This document shows positions 43,974-56,216 of a stretch of DNA of 64,000 nt, in pieces (the stretch's first letter is position 1; each line of letters begins with the position of its first letter). Made by a program: the position numbers and the translations under genes. The stretch lies in assembly GCA_963816395.1 (NCBI GenBank), contig CAWFKQ010000009.1:160001-224000 (forward strand), in the 5' to 3' direction. This DNA comes from an uncultured delta proteobacterium. GTDB lineage: Bacteria > Desulfobacterota > Desulfuromonadia > Desulfuromonadales > JACZKF01. The notes under the pieces are model-generated. The model was given only the letters and a program-made list of their open reading frames with translations. It did not search any database and was not told the origin of the DNA.

Positions 43974-44047
43974 TTCCCTGCTCCTTCTTCTGCTGTTGTT
44001 TTTTATTTTTCCTATACGATATAGGACATGATTCCGCCACGCGGAAA

Positions 44048-44723
44048 TCAGTGAGCTTCTTCAAGGGCGCCGGCGATATAGATCATGGCCAGCAAGGTAA
44101 AGACGAATGTCTGGATGAACGCCACCAGCACCCCCATCAGCATCATTGGTACCGGCAGCAGGAAGGGAACCAGCGCGAGAAAGATCATCAGAACGATTTC
44201 GTGCCCGTACATGTTGCCGAAAAGACGCAGCGACAGGGAAAGAGGCCGGGCCAGATGGCTGATCAGTTCGATGATGAACATCAGGGGCGCCAGAAGGAGA
44301 ATCGGCCCCATGAAATGCTTCAGGTAGGAAAATCCGTGCTCCTTGATGCCCACGAAGTGCGTCATGGCGAATACCGTCAGGGCCAGGGCGGCGTTGGTGT
44401 TCAGGTTGGCCGTTGGCGGATAGAAGCCGGGGATGAGGGCGATCAGGTTGGAGACCAGGATGAACAGAGCGAAGGTGGCAATCAGCGGAAAATACGCCCG
44501 TGCCCTTGTGCCCCATCGTTTCGTCAATCAGGTTTTCCAGCCAGGTGACCACGGCTTCCATGAAGTTCTGCAGGCCGGAGGGAACCAGCTGCAGACTGCG
44601 GGAAGCGAAGAACGCCAGCAGGATGAGGACCAGCATGACAAACCAGGTATAGGTGACGTGCTCGGGGACATCGACGTGGATCTGTTCCGCTAACCACTGG
44701 AAAAAAAGAAACGGATGGATCAT
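44048..44723 (-). CDS. atpB: ATP synthase Fo subunit a, frameshift near 44505
   Basis: [39 protein letters not shown]. Confidence 0.95.
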
Positions 44724-45136
44724 TGATTGTTATCTCCTCGTGCAGTCACTCTTATGAGGATGGTCAGAAGCAGGTTAATGATGACAACCGACAATCCGGC
44801 GGCCAAGGCGGCGGGTTCAACCCGCACTGCCGCGATAAGGACGGCAATGGCTGCAGCCAATGTGGCCAGCCGGAAAAGGAACGAAAACTGGAAGCGCTTG
44901 GCCGATCCGGGCGAAGGTTCGCTCAGTGCCTGCTTCAGCGAGTAATGCAGCCAGTAAAAGCCGGCGATCGAAATCAACCCGCCGGCCAGCACTCCGAGAC
45001 TCACGGCCGCAGAACCCCAGAGAAGGCTCAGCAGGACCAGGCCGGCGAGAATCCACCAGTTGCGCCGGGCCATCTCGGCCGGCAACTGTTCATCCCGGTC
45101 GTTCACCCGGTCCGTCGTCGTTTTTTTTATTCTCAT
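44720..45136 (-). CDS. atpI: ATP synthase protein I
   Basis: Four hydrophobic segments directly upstream of atpB; start codon uncertain. Confidence 0.8.
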   Translation of the reverse strand: MRIKKTTTDRVNDRDEQLPAEMARRNWWILAGLVLLSLLWGSAAVSLGVLAGGLISIAGFYWLHYSLKQALSEPSPGSAKRFQFSFLFRLATLAAAIAVLIAAVRVEPAALAAGLSVVIINLLLTILIRVTARGDNNQ

Positions 45137-45360
45137 CCTCCTGTCGCTTCAGTTCACGCTGGGTCAGGATAAAGATGTTCCGGAACCCAGCTATGATGCC
45201 GAAGAGCAGGAAAATCAGGGTCAACCAAGGAGTAGGTGCCGAGCCACCGATCAAGGTAGTAGCCCATGGCCAGGCCAATAAAGGTGGCCGCCACCATGGA
45301 GATTCCGATGCTCGACAAAAAGCCGAGGGTGCGAATGAGACGAGGGCGATCCTCAGTCAT
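45090..45360 (-). CDS. atpZ: AtpZ/AtpI-family small membrane protein, frameshifted
   Basis: LSSIGISMVAATFIGLAMGYYLDRWLGT, then PWLTLIFLLFGIIAGFRN in another frame. Confidence 0.82.
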
Positions 45361-45458
45361 GGTTATCTGTATACAGCATACAATCGCGTGGGAAAACCCG
45401 AGTTGAATAGCATAGGCTTTTCACAATGTCAACTGCTTTCGCGGTAAACAAGGGTGCT

Positions 45459-46205
45459 TTAATCCTCGCCCCGCTTGCGCCCTCGCCAGTCCCGGAGGCT
45501 CCAGGCGATCTGATCCCACATCCCGCGCAGCAGACCCAGTTCGGAGCTGGTCAGCTCGGCGCGGCGGAAAATTTGCCTGAGCTGGGTCATGCGCGATTCC
45601 GGGCGGGCCGGGTTGAGAAAGGCAATGTTGAAAAGAATTTGTTCCATGTGGCCAAACATTGCCTCCATTTCTCTCTGCGCCGGCATATCCTGGACATCCC
45701 GCACGGGAGCTGCAGTGGTCGGCCGGGATAATTCATAGAGAAAAACGAGCACCGCCTGAGCAAGGTTGAGAGAGCCGGTAGCGAGGGCGGAAGAGATAAA
45801 GGCAGAGTGGGTGCAGAGGGCGACTTCCTCATTGGTCAGCCCCGCGTCCTCACGGCCGAAAACCAGCCCTAGTTTGCCGCCGACTGGCAAGGTATGCAGC
45901 AAGGACGGAATTTCAGAGGAGGGCCGAGGCGTCCCCCGCAATTTCCCTTGCCGGCGGGTGGCTGCGACTGCCGCGTGGAGGTCGGCCAGGGCTTCGGCTA
46001 AAGAGGAAAATACTCGCGCACTGCCAAGCAGGTCCTTGGCGAAGACGGCGAATTTATGCGCCTCCGGATGCAGGTACTGGCAGGGTTTCACCAGGCGCAG
46101 TTCCGCGGCGCCAAAATTGGCCATGGCCCGGCAGACCATGCCGATGTTGCCGGGGGACTGTGGTTCAACCAGAATGATGACGATTTGCTCGAGAGGGCTG
46201 CTCAT
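45459..46205 (-). CDS. trmJ: SPOUT RNA methyltransferase, TrmJ/LasT family
   Basis: PGNIGMVCRAMANFG, VFGREDAGLTNEE, SLNLAQAV. Confidence 0.85.
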   Translation of the reverse strand: MSSPLEQIVIILVEPQSPGNIGMVCRAMANFGAAELRLVKPCQYLHPEAHKFAVFAKDLLGSARVFSSLAEALADLHAAVAATRRQGKLRGTPRPSSEIPSLLHTLPVGGKLGLVFGREDAGLTNEEVALCTHSAFISSALATGSLNLAQAVLVFLYELSRPTTAAPVRDVQDMPAQREMEAMFGHMEQILFNIAFLNPARPESRMTQLRQIFRRAELTSSELGLLRGMWDQIAWSLRDWRGRKRGED

Positions 46206-46311
46206 GGAGTACGATACGCAAAAGAGAGGGAGAGGCCAAGGGCCTGGATATGGCCGACGGGTGCCTTCGGCAGAAGGAAACGCAAAGACCAGGCTTTGCG
46301 CACCGGAAGAA

Positions 46312-47596
46312 TCAGAGATTCTTAAATGCCTTGCGGGCAGCCTCGATGGTTTTGTCGAGATCTTCCGTGGAATGCGCGGCGCTCATGAACCCCGCCTCGA
46401 ACTGGGAAGGCGCGAGATTGACGCCAGCCTCCAGCATGGCCCGGAAGAAGCGGCCAAAGGCAGCGGTATCGCTCTTTGAGGCATCGGCGAAGGAGTAAAC
46501 GGGCCCTGCCTGGAAAAAACGTGCAGAACATGCCGCCGACCCGCTGCCAGCAAGTGGGAACCGGGGAATCCTTGGCGGCCTCCAAAAGGCCTTTTTCCAG
46601 GTAGGCGCTTTTCTCCTCGATCATCTGGTAAAAGCCATTCTCCTGCAGCAGCTTCAGTGTGGCAATGCCGGCAGCCATTGCCAGGGGATTGCCGGAAAGA
46701 GTGCCGGCCTGATAGACGCCGCCGACCGGCGAGAGCTTTTCCATGATTTCCCGTTTGCCGCCGAAGGCCCCTACCGGCAGGCCACCGCCGATGATCTTGC
46801 CGAGACAGACGAGGTCGCCGCGCACCCCGAAACGTTCCTGGGCGCCGCCGTAGGCGACGCGGAAGCCGGTCATCACTTCGTCGATGATCAGCACGATATC
46901 CTCGCTGTCGCACAGTTGGCGCAGTCCCTCGAGGAAACCGGGCCTGGGGGCAACGCATCCCATATTGCCGGCAATCGGTTCAAGGATGATGCAGGCGATC
47001 TGGCCCTGGTTGGCGGCGACCAGACGCTTGACATCCTTCAGGTCATTGTAGGTGGCGGTCAGAGTGTACTTGGCAAACTCGGCCGGGACTCCGGGGGAGG
47101 TAGGGACGCCGAAGGTGGCGGCGCCGCTGCCGGCCTTAACCAGGAGAGAGTCGGCGTGACCATGATAGCAGCCATCAAACTTGAGGATCTTGTCGCGGCC
47201 GGTAAACCCGCGAGCCAGGCGAATGGCGCTCATGGTCGCTTCCGTGCCGGAGGAGACCATGCGCACCATTTCGATATTCGGGTAGGCGGCGGCGACCATT
47301 TCGGCCAGTTCCACTTCCCTCTCCGTCGGTGCGCCGAAGGAGGCGCCGTCGGCGGCGGTCTGGCGGATCGCCTCCACCACTTTCGGATGGCAATGGCCGA
47401 GGATCATCGGTCCCCAGGAGCCGACGTAATCGATGTAGCTGTTGCCGTCGACATCGATGATCCGGGAGCCCTCTGCCCGCCGGATGAAAATGGGATCACA
47501 GCCGACTGACTTGAAGGCCCGCACCGGACTGTTCACCCCGCCGGGAATGATGCGCTTGGCTGCGGCGAAAAGGGCCGCTGATTTCTGATGGTTCAT
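46312..47596 (-). CDS. hemL: Glutamate-1-semialdehyde 2,1-aminomutase, frameshift near 46510
   Basis: [44 protein letters not shown]; true C-terminus (APSQFEAGF...AFKNL*) is in a shifted frame ending at 46312. Confidence 0.96.
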
Positions 47597-47968
47597 TTAT
47601 TCCCCCTTATGTTGAGTATATATGGGTGTTCGCATGGCGTACGACTGACAGCGTAGCGGCGTAGGCTGGCATCGGATTACGGTCGACAAATATAGTACAT
47701 GTCCAGTTCGGGGGCCAGAAAAAACCGATGCTTTTCTGGTTGCCTGCAGTTTGTCGTCGCGAAAGAATACGGAATTTTTCCGGTGGTGGCGCGCTCTCTG
47801 CCGGTTCAAAATGCCGTGATATGGCATCGGCCACCTGAAAAATGTCGCATGACTGGAAGAATACCTGAAATTACGGTTGCTTGAAGAATGAGCTGCAGAA
47901 TAGAATTTTTTCCAGAGAGGAGGGGTGGGCGGAGATAGTAAAATAATAAAAAAACGTTTGTTTTTGGC

Positions 47969-47997
47969 TTGACCTGTACGTAAATGTCAGATATAAG
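47969..47997 (+). promoter_or_regulatory. Sigma70-like promoter of fadL with an overlapping LiuR-like palindrome
   Basis: TTGACC-N17-TATAAG; TTGACCTGTACGTAAA at 47969-47984. Confidence 0.6.
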
Positions 47998-48184
47998 CAG
48001 ACCATTAAATGCCGGATTGCCGATCCCGTGCCTTGCCGAAAAGACGGCGGGGATTCGGGGGGATTGTGGTTATCGGCAGAGAAATATTTCCCAGGTACTC
48101 GTCAGGCCGATTCGAATGGGAGAAAGATTTGCTTGCCAGGAAAAGGAGGAGTCGAGATGGGAGGATGGTTGTGTTAAGCGGTTG

Positions 48185-49517
48185 ATGCAGTCTGTGGGTT
48201 TGGCAACTGTCGCGGCCGTACTCGCGGCCGGGGTCGCCCATGGAGCCGGTTTCGCTCTCATGGAGCAGGGCGTTAAAAGCCTGGGCAATGCCTTTTCCGG
48301 CGGTGCCGCCGCCGCTGAGGATGCCACGACGGTCTTTTACAATCCGGCAGGGTTGACTCTGCTCAAAGGGCAGCAGGCGGAGGTGGGAGTCCATGTCATC
48401 AAAACCAGTTTTCAGTTCGACAATGAAGGCTCCACCCATGTACTCACCCCCCTTACCGGCGAGGGGCTCACCGGGAATAATGGTGGCGATGCCGGGACCT
48501 GGAACGCGGTCCCCAATTTCTACTATGCGGCCAATCTGGAGAACGGCTTCGCCGTTGGTTTCGGAGTGGAAGTCCCCTTCGGTCTCACCACCGACTACGA
48601 TGATGGGTGGGTTGGCCGTTATCACACTCTGCGTTCCCATATCTTCACACTGAATTTAAATCCCAGCCTCGCCTGGCAGATTACCAAAAAGTTGAGCGTC
48701 GGGGCAGGCTTCAGTGCCATGTACATGAATGCCGAACTCTCGCAGGCCATCGATTTCGGCACCATCCTGGTCGCCGCCGGCGGCACCCCGCAGCGAGACG
48801 ACGGGAAGGTGGAACTTAAGGCCGACGATTGGGGTTTCGGCTATAACCTCGGCGTGCTTTACCAGTTCAGCGACGGCCACCCGTCTCGGCCTCAGCTATC
48901 GCTCCCGGGTCAAGCAGGATCTGAAAGGCGATGCCGACTTCTCGGTGCCGGCCAAGGCGCAGGCGATTCTTGCCGGACTGGGGTCTGGCGCCTTTCGGGA
49001 TGGCGACGCTTCTGCCGAAATCACCCTGCCGGACATGGCCTCCCTGAGTCTCTATCACCGGATCTGTCCGCAACTGGCGCTCATGGCGGATGTCAGCTGG
49101 ACCCACTGGTCGACGCTGGACGAGCTGCGGATCCAATTTGACAATCCCGAGCAACCTGACAGCATCACCACTCTCAAGTGGGAGGACGCCTGGCGCTTCG
49201 GCTTGGGGGCAACCTATACCCCGGTTCCGGTCTGGGATATCCGCCTCGGTGCGATGTACGACCAGACCCCGATCCCCAATGCCGAGCGGCGCACCCCGCG
49301 CCTGCCCGACCAGGACCGCTTGTGGACCGCCATCGGCACCAGTTATCGATTCACCGACGCCTTCTCCGCCGATCTCGCCTACGCCCATCTTTTCATGCTG
49401 GGAAATGCCAAGGTCGATATGGAGCCGGTGGGGGAGAACGCTACCCGGGGCGGCTTGAAAGGCAGCTACGACAATACAGGCAACATCGTCAGCGCCCAGG
49501 CCAATTATAAGTGGTAG
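48185..49517 (+). CDS. fadL: Outer-membrane long-chain fatty acid transporter FadL/OmpP1, frameshift near 48875
   Basis: Signal peptide, then AGFALMEQ...LGNAFSG..A.AEDATTVFYNPAG, PFGLTTDY, RTPRLPD, C-terminal aromatic residue; start approximate. Confidence 0.92.
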
Positions 49518-49582
49518 AGACACCTGGCGGAGGGTAGCTCCACCGGCATAGCTCCGGATTGCAGATTCCGAAGGAGGATGAA

Positions 49583-51651
49583 ATGAACACCAGCCGTACC
49601 CGCTTCTGGGTTCTTCTCGCGATACTGGCCATGCTCCTCACCGCCTGCGGCGGGGATAACAACGACACCAACACTCTTGGCACAAATCCTTTGGTTACCG
49701 ATGGCGGAACGCCCCAGGTCTTTGCCCTGTTCGATCCGGGTCCGCAGATCATGCCCCTGCCCAATGACGTCGTCTGGCAGGCCGATGGCGATCCGGAGGT
49801 TGAACTGGCTGCCTGCCGCCGGCGATTCCCCCGAGATGACCCAGCTTAAAGGCCCTGGTCAATGCCCAGGGGCTGCTCGGGCTCTCTCCCAATATGTTTC
49901 TCACCGTTCCGGTCAGCGGAGCCGTGGATGCCTCGACCCTCGAGCTTCTGGTCTTTCGCACCGACGATCCCCAGCTTCCGGCCCTGCTGAACGGTCTGAA
50001 TACGGGCGACCTGGCCGCCGTCGGGACCGCCCTGGCGCAGATGGAGATCCGCACCGCCAGCGATTTCATGGTGGTTCCCGGGGCAGGAGTGATCAAACTG
50101 CTCCCCCACACGCCCTTTACCCCGGCGCTGCCTATGCCGCAGTGACTCCCCGATACCCTGAAGGACGGCAGCGGTTTTCCGGTGACCTCCTCCATCACCA
50201 TGCGTGCCCTGAAAAGCCGGGAGCCGTTCACGGCGGATTCGCCCTTCTTCAAGCTCGAAGCCCTGCGCGCCGCCTTCAACGACGGCAGCCCGAGCCTCTT
50301 CCAGGTGGTGCAGGGGGTCAGCGGGGCGATCAACCAGAATGCCGGGCTGACGCGCGACGACATCCTGGTGCTGTGGACCTTCCATACGGCGGCCGACACC
50401 CTGTCCCTGACCCCCGCCACGCCGGGAAGCAGCACGGTCGATTATCCGGTCGGCGGCGGCGCCGATCCCTTCGCCGTCACGGCGGCACAGTTCAAGGGGA
50501 TGAGCGCCCTTTTCAGCGCCAACCAGCTGACCTGGCTGGATATGAGCAGCGGCAGTCCGGTTCCTTCGGCCACCCCGGTCGGCCTGCCGGCATCGGCCTT
50601 TCTGGCATCCGTCGGCATGTCCGCCATTCCCAGCGACCAGCTGGGCAATATCTACTTCGGCGCGTTCCAGAGCCCGGTGCTGGCCACCGGAGGCGCAACG
50701 ACGGACAGCGTCCCCTTCCTGCTCACCGTCCCCGCGGCACCCGCGCCGGCCGGCGGCTATCCCGTGGTCGTCTTCCAGCACGGCATCACTTCCAGCAAGA
50801 ATGCCGCCCTCCCCATCGCCAATTCTCTGGCCGCGGCCGGTTTCGCCACGCTGGCCATCGACGCTCCCTTCCACGGCGACCGCAGAACCCAGGGCGCCGC
50901 TTCGGGAGACGGTTTCTTCACCACCAACCTGCTGCAGAGCCGCGCCAACGTCTATCAGGCGGCCGTCGATCTGTGGGAGACGCTGGATGTGGTGAGCGCC
51001 GGGATCGACCTCGACCCGTTGCCCGACGGAGCCGCCGATCTGGATGCCGGCCGCATCCAGTTCGTCGCTCACTCCCTCGGCTCCATCATCGGTTCCGTCT
51101 TCCTCTCCCAAGAGACGCGGGCGCAGCGGATGGTTCTCTCCAGCCCATCGGCGCTGCTGGTCAATGTCCTCGACGAAACCGCTCTGCCGGAAATGCAGGC
51201 CCTGGTCGGCTCTCTCGGCTATACGCCGGGGACCACGCCCTATTATGTATTTCTCGACCTCGCGCAGTGGCTGATGGATCCGGTGGACGCCGCTTACACC
51301 GGCATCGGCGCCAACAGCAAGGACGATCTGCTCTCCGTCTTCGCCTTCGGCGACCCCATCGTCTCCACCGATTCCACCCGCGTCTTTTTCACCAACCTGG
51401 GGATGAATCTTTCCGAAATCGTCGCCGTCGATCCCGCCACCGTCGGCGTCAGCTTTCCGGCACCGGCGGATTTAACGGCCGGTGCCTATCAGTACGGCAT
51501 CCCCGGGCACCCGATCGTCCACAGCTTCCTGCTCAGCCCGCTGTTCGATCCGGTGACGGAACCCTATTATGCGAACTATGTCGCCGCCGACCAGCTGCAG
51601 GCGACCACCGGGGCGCAGATGCAGGTCGCCGGCTTTCTGGCGGCTCCCTGA
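49583..51651 (+). CDS. Lipoprotein lipase/phospholipase, Pla-1/Cef/VolA-like alpha/beta hydrolase; frameshifts near 49810-49850 and 50125
   Basis: Lipobox LLTAC; PLPND; PVVVFQHGITSSK, AIDAPFHGDR, nucleophile elbow AHSLG, late HSFLL. Confidence 0.8.
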
Positions 51652-51706
51652 CCGGAATCTGAACCCCTGAAAACCGGCAGCAGCGATTCTGCCGGTAGCA
51701 CAGCCA

Positions 51707-51740
51707 GCCCCGGGGCGCGCCGCAGCGTCCCGGGGTTTTT
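51707..51740 (+). terminator. Intrinsic terminator after the lipase gene
   Basis: GCCCCGGGGCGC...GCGTCCCGGGGTTTTT. Confidence 0.7.
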
Positions 51741-51829
51741 CACTGTGCCGGAAGGGGAGGTGCGGCGGCTCCAGTTCATGGGGGGATTTGAGCAGCCAGG
51801 AGAAGGTAAAAAAATGTTCTGAATAATGA

Positions 51830-51858
51830 TTGACGTGAACGTAAAAGTAATATATAAA
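51830..51858 (+). promoter_or_regulatory. Sigma70-like promoter of the fad operon with an overlapping LiuR-like palindrome
   Basis: TTGACG-N17-TATAAA; TTGACGT-GA-ACGTAAA at 51830-51845. Confidence 0.7.
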
Positions 51859-51889
51859 CTGTCTCATCGCTTCGGGAGGAAGAACTGTC

Positions 51890-53747
51890 ATGCAGAGGGC
51901 GACATTCAGATCGGTGCCGGAGATGCTGCGGACGAACGCCGTCAGGTTCGCCGGCCGCACCGCCATCAGCTACAAGAAGGATGGACAGTGGATCGCCCTG
52001 ACCTACGACCACCTTTACGAGCGGGTGCTGATGGCGGCCCGCGGTCTGCGCCGGGCCGGCATTCAGCCGGGAGACCGGGTGGCGATCTTCTCCGAGAACC
52101 GGGCCGGGTGGGCCATCGCCGATCTCGGCATTCAGTGCGCGCGCGCCGTCACCGTGCCGATCTACGCCACCAATACTCCCGAGCAGGCGGCCTACGTCCT
52201 CAACCATTCGGGGGCAAGGGCGGTATTCGTTTCCAGCCGCCTCCAATATGAGAAGCTGCTCCAGGTGCGCGCGCAGATCCCGGCGATCGAGTTCGCCGTC
52301 TCCTTCGAGCGGTTCCTCGGCGGCAAGGCCCTGCCGGTCTATACCCTTTACCAGCTCTCGGAGATATCCCATCCCCTGACGGCCGAGGAAAGAACGACGA
52401 TCGAAGGGGACATCGGGCAGATCGCCGCGGACGATCTCATCACCGTGATTTATACTTCCGGTACCACCGGCGTTCCCAAGGGCGTCATGCTGACCCAACG
52501 GAACATGCTGGGCAACGCCTTTGCCGGGCATGCAGAAACTGGGAGGGCTCAAGGCCGGCGAGGTCTTCCTCAGCTTCCTCCCCCTCAGTCATGTCCTCGA
52601 GCGCACCGCCGGTTACCATGCGGCGCTGATGAGCGGCTGTCACGTGGCGTTTGCGGAGAGCGTCGAGAAGGTGGTGGAGAACATCGTCGAGGTGCGGCCG
52701 ACCACCATGGTCAGCGTCCCCCGGCTGTTCGAGAAGATCTATTCCCGCATCTACGAGAACGTCCACCTGATGCGCCCGCTCAAGCGCCGGCTGTTTCACC
52801 GGGCGGTGGAGATCGGCCGGGAATACGTGCAGCGCCGCTATATTGAAAACCGGCCGGTGGGATTGCTGGGCGTCCGCTACCAACTGGCCGACCGGCTGGT
52901 CTTCCGCAAGATCCGCCAGAAGTTCGGCGGCCGGCTGCGTTTCTGCATCTCCGGCGGGGCGCCGCTGGACCGGACGATCAATGAGTTTCTGTGGATCATC
53001 GGCATCCCGACTTTCGAAGGGTACGGCCTGACCGAGACCAGCCCGGCGCTGACCCTGAACTGCCTGGACGCGGTGCGCTTCGGCTCGGTGGGAACGGTAT
53101 TGGACCAGACCGAACTCCGCCTGGCCGAAGACGGCGAGCTGCTGGTTCGCGGCCCGCAGGTGATGCTAGGCTATTACCGGGATGCGATGGCGACCGAGGA
53201 GACCATGGCCGACGGCTGGCTGCGCACCGGCGATATCGCCCGCATCGACGAAGACGGCTTCGTCTTCATCGTCGATCGCAAAAAGGAGATCATCGTCACC
53301 GCCGGCGGCAAAAACATTGCGCCGCAGCCGATCGAGGGGGAGCTCAAGCTGGACAAGTTCATCTCCCAGGCCTTCGTCTACGGCGATCGCAAACCGTACC
53401 TGGTGGCGCTGCTCACCCCCAATCTGGAGCGGTTGATCGAGCTGGCACATGCCGAGAAGCTCGATTACTTCGACCTGGAAGACCTGGCGTCCCATCCGCG
53501 GGTACTGGCGCTGTATGAAGAACGGCTGCGGCTGGTGAACAGCCGGCGCCCACCTTATGAGACAATCAAGAAATTCGCCCTGCTTGTCCGCGATTTCTCG
53601 GTGGAGGGGGGAGAGCTGACCCCCACCCTGAAGCTGCGGCGCAAGATCATCTACGAGAAACACCGCGAGCGGATCGAAAAACTCTATCTCGACAACGGCA
53701 ATGGTCCCCATGGCCGGGATCAACAGCAGAACGGAGGCAACAAATGA
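51890..53747 (+). CDS. fadD: Long-chain-fatty-acid--CoA ligase, frameshift near 52520
   Basis: IYTSGTTGVPKG, SFLPLSHVLER, EGYGLTET, WLRTGD, DRKKEIIVTAGGKN, TPTLKL. Confidence 0.92.
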
Positions 53748-56132
53748 GGCAGATCAAGCGGGTAGGCGTTCTCGGCGCCGGCGTGATGGGCGCCACCATC
53801 GCCGCGCACCTGGCCAACGCGGGCCTCGAGGTCCTGCTCCTCGACATGGTGCCGCGGGAGCCGAACGCGGAGGAGCAGGCCAGGGGACTGACCCTGGCCA
53901 GCCCGGCGGTGCGCAACCGCATCGTGCAGAGCGGCCTGCAGGCCGTGGCCAGGATGAAACCGGCGGCCCTCTATCTGCCGGACTATCTCCAGCGCATCCA
54001 GGCCGGCAATTTCGAGGATGACATCGGCGGCCCTGCGCGAGTGCGACTGGGTGGTCGAGGTGGTCATCGAGAATCTGGAGATCAAGAAGAAACTATTCGC
54101 CGAGAAGGTGGTGCCGAATCTCGCCGAGGGGGCGATCCTTTCCACCAACACCAGCGGCCTGTCGGTGAACGCCATGGCGGAAGCGCTGCCGGCGGCGGTG
54201 CGGCGCAATTTCCTGGTCACCCATTTCTTCAACCCGCCGCGCTACATGCGGCTGCTGGAGGTGGTCGGCTGCCGGGAAACCGCCCCCGAGGTGGTGAGCG
54301 GCATGGCCGACTTCCTGGCCCGGCGCCTCGGCAAGGGGATCGTCTACGCCAAGGACACGCCGAATTTCATCGCCAACCGCATCGGCGTCTATTCCATCTT
54401 CAAGGCGGTGCAGCACATGCTGGAGATGGGCATGACGGTGGAGGAGGTCGACGCCGTCGCCGGCCCGGCCACCGGCCGGCCGAAGAGCGCCGCTTTCCGC
54501 ACCGCCGACCTGGTCGGCCTCGACACCCTGGCCCACGTCGGCAACAACTCCTACCAGCTGCTCCCCGAGGACGAGGAGCGCGAGGTCTTCCAGGTCCCCG
54601 CCTTCATCGCCGCCATGGTGGAGAAGGGGCTGCTCGGCAACAAGACGAAAAAGGGCTTCTACCGCAAGGAGAAGGAGAACGGCAGGACCGCCGTCTTCTA
54701 CTACGATTACGGCAGCGGCGAGTACCGGCCGGCGCAGAAGCCGAAATTTCCCTCCCTGGAGGCGGTGAAGCAGGTCGACGACCCGGGGCAGCGGATCCGG
54801 ATGGTGGTCGGCGGCAGCGACAAGGCGGCCGAGTTCGCCTGGCGCAACCTGCGCGACACCCTGATCTACACCGTCAACCGCATTCCGGAGATCGCCGACG
54901 ATATCGTCAATGTCGACAACGCCATGCGCTGGGGCTTCAACTGGGAACTCGGGCCTTTCGAGATGCTCGATGCCATCGGTGTCGCCGACTTTGTCGCCCG
55001 CGCCCGCCGGGACGGGGTGGCGGTGCCGGCGGCCCTGGAGGGGGTGGAGAGCTTCTATCGCTTCGCCGACGGCAGGAAGGGCTATTTCGACCTGGTCACC
55101 CGCGAATACCGGGAGGTCCCCTTCCGTCCGGACCAGATCGTCCTCGATATCCTCAAACGCCGCGGTGCAGCGGTGGAGGAGAACGCCAACAGCTCCCTGA
55201 TCGATCTCGGCGACGGCGTCTTCTGCCTGGAGTTCCACTCGAAGATGAACGCCATCAGCGCCGATATCCTGGCCATGATCCACAAGGCGGTCAAGCGGGC
55301 GGAGGAAGAGGGCGTCGGCCTGGTGGTCGCCAACCAGGGCGCCAACTTCTCCGTCGGCGCCAACCTGATGACGCTCGCCGTCGCCCTGGCCGAAGGGGCT
55401 TACGAGGATATCGACCTGGCGGTGCGCTCCTTCCAGAAGGGGACCATGGCCCTGAAGTACGCCCGGGTGCCGGTGGTGGCGGCGCCGTTCAACATGACCC
55501 TGGGCGGCGGCTGCGAATTCTGCCTGCACGCCGATGCGGTCACCGCCTACGCCGAGACCTACATGGGGCTGGTGGAGGTGGGCGTCGGCCTGCTGCCGGC
55601 CGGCGGCGGCACCAAGGAGATGGCGCTGCGGGCGATCCGCCTGGCGGAAAAATACGACACCGATGTCTCCCCCTTCATCTTCAAGCACTTCCAGAACATC
55701 GGCATGGCCAAAGTCTCGATGAGCGCCGACGAACTCTACGGCATGGGGTTCCTGCGCGAGGGGGACACCGTCACCTTGAACCTCGACAACCTGCTCGCCG
55801 ACGCCAAGCAGCGGGTGATCGCCCTGGCCCGCAACTACCGCCCGCCGCGCCCCGAGGAGAACCTCAAGGCGCCCGGCCGCAGCGTCGCCGCCAGCATCAA
55901 GAGCCAGCTCTGGAACCTGGCCCGGGGCGGCTTCGCTACCGAGTACGAGGCGACCATGGGCGGGGTCATCGCCGACGTCATCACCGGCGGTGATGTGCCG
56001 GCCGGCACCCCCATTTCCGAGACCTACCTGCTGGAGCTGGAGCGCGAGGGTTTCCTGCGGCTGTGCGGCAACAAGAAGACGGCCGAGCGCATCCAGCACA
56101 TGCTGAAGAAGGGCAAGCCGCTGCGGAATTAG
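53744..56132 (+). CDS. fadN: 3-hydroxyacyl-CoA dehydrogenase / enoyl-CoA hydratase (FadN-type), frameshift near 54025
   Basis: GAGVMG, STNTSG, THFFNPPRYM, DTPNFIANRIG, crotonase segment GGGCE...GLVEVGVGL, KGKPLRN end. Confidence 0.92.
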
Positions 56133-56145
56133 GCGTATTGGTTAT

Positions 56146-56196
56146 GTAGGGGCGAATCTTGTATTCGCCCAGGGCGATCACGAGGATAGCCTCTAC
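56146..56196. repeat. GTAG-type REP doublet
   Basis: GTAGGGGCGAAT-CTTGT-ATTCGCCC followed by an inverted unit ending CTAC. Confidence 0.7.
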
Positions 56197-56216
56197 CCAA
56201 AATCGGAGGATCAAAG

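Noticed and set aside
47972..47992. Second lux box at the fadL promoter (ACCTGTACGTAAATGTCAGAT)
   Set aside because: Spacing is CTG-N11-CAG rather than N10, and the site is better explained by the palindrome shared with the fadD promoter.
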